Origin: Nageia nagi
Taxonomy: Eukaryota; Plantae; Pinophyta
Direction: 5' to 3'
Assembly (NCBI GenBank): GCA_050084985.1
Contig: JBITNC010000001.1
Span: forward strand, 125,116,001-125,180,000
DNA: 64,000 bases
In this document: in pieces, positions 63,360 to 64,000 of the stretch
Layout of the letters: each line of letters opens with the position of its first letter
Numbering within the stretch: position 1 is the first letter of the stretch
Program-made: the position numbers and the translations under genes
The notes under the pieces: generated by a model
The model's input: the letters and a program-made list of their open reading frames with translations, nothing else
What the model was told of the DNA's origin: nothing
The model's database searches: none

Positions 63360-64000
63360 CAAGGCAAAAAAATGTGTTGCCTATTGAAAGAGGTGACGTC
63401 AACCACAAAGTAGTCACGGTGCAGAATAAGGTTAAAAGGCACATTATTGCACTTTCAAGTAGGTGACATTAGCAACGAAGTTTTCATAGTGCAAAATAAG
63501 GCTAAAAGACACATTGTCACACTTAGAAGGAGTTGATGTTAACAACAAAGTTTTTGCGATGCAGAATGAGGTAGAAAAATCTGTTGTCGCACTTTGAAGG
63601 TGGTGACATCAATATTGAAGTTGTCATAGTGTAGAACAAGGTTTAAAAACACATTATCGTACTTTTAAGGTGACATCAACGATAAAGTTGTGCAGAACAA
63701 GGCAAAAAAATGCATTTTCACACTTTTAAGGTGAAGTTAGTAGTGAAGTTGTCACGGTTCAAAATAAGTCTAAAAGGCACATTGTTGCACTTTCAAAGAG
63801 ATGACGTCAACAACAAAGTTATAATAGTGCAACAATATAAGAGATGACATCATTGACCAAAAATCATGATAGGCAAAAAACACATTAAATTAGCTTTACC
63901 GTAGTCTGGTAACATAAGAGATGATGTTGTTGACCAGAAATTGCGAAAAATATAGAAAACACATGAAATTAGCTTTGTTGTAGTCTAACAACATAAGAGA
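63360..64000. repeat. Second (~68-70-bp, ~7 copies) and third (~76-bp) tandem arrays running off the window
   Basis: Unit AGGTGACATCAACAA(C)AAAGTTGTCA..GTGCAGAATAAGG..AAAA..CACATTGTTGCACTT repeats to ~63830. After that, AACATAAGAGATGA...AAATTAGCTTT...GTAGTCT repeats. Confidence 0.85.

Noticed and set aside
63184-63466. ORFs within the terminal tandem arrays
   Set aside because: Unit lengths are not consistently multiples of 3, so these are chance frames.

Overview
Eukaryotic plant nuclear DNA, AT-rich with very long transposon-filled introns, most consistent with a gymnosperm/conifer-type genome (inference). The host gene is the 3' part of MSH1 (organellar MutS homolog 1; MutS ATPase plus C-terminal GIY-YIG) on the + strand. 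Nine exons between 1427 and 59551 splice into one open frame of 2331 nt (776 aa + stop). The 5' exons lie upstream of the window. Three introns (about 8.1, 16.1 and 29.8 kb) hold nested LTR retrotransposons, a hAT transposon, a MITE, a split LINE and a small mitochondrial nad3-rps12 insertion. One short intron is probably GC-AG. The most unusual structure is a family of very long (>5 kb) Gypsy LTRs that carry their own large protein-coding gene inside the LTR. Three or four diverged copies occur here, and one is preceded by an array of about 58-bp hairpins with compensatory changes. Downstream of MSH1 are a (TA)n/(TATG)n microsatellite, a decayed SKP1-like retro-pseudogene and ~68-bp tandem arrays. 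All coordinates were read by eye, and no database search was run.
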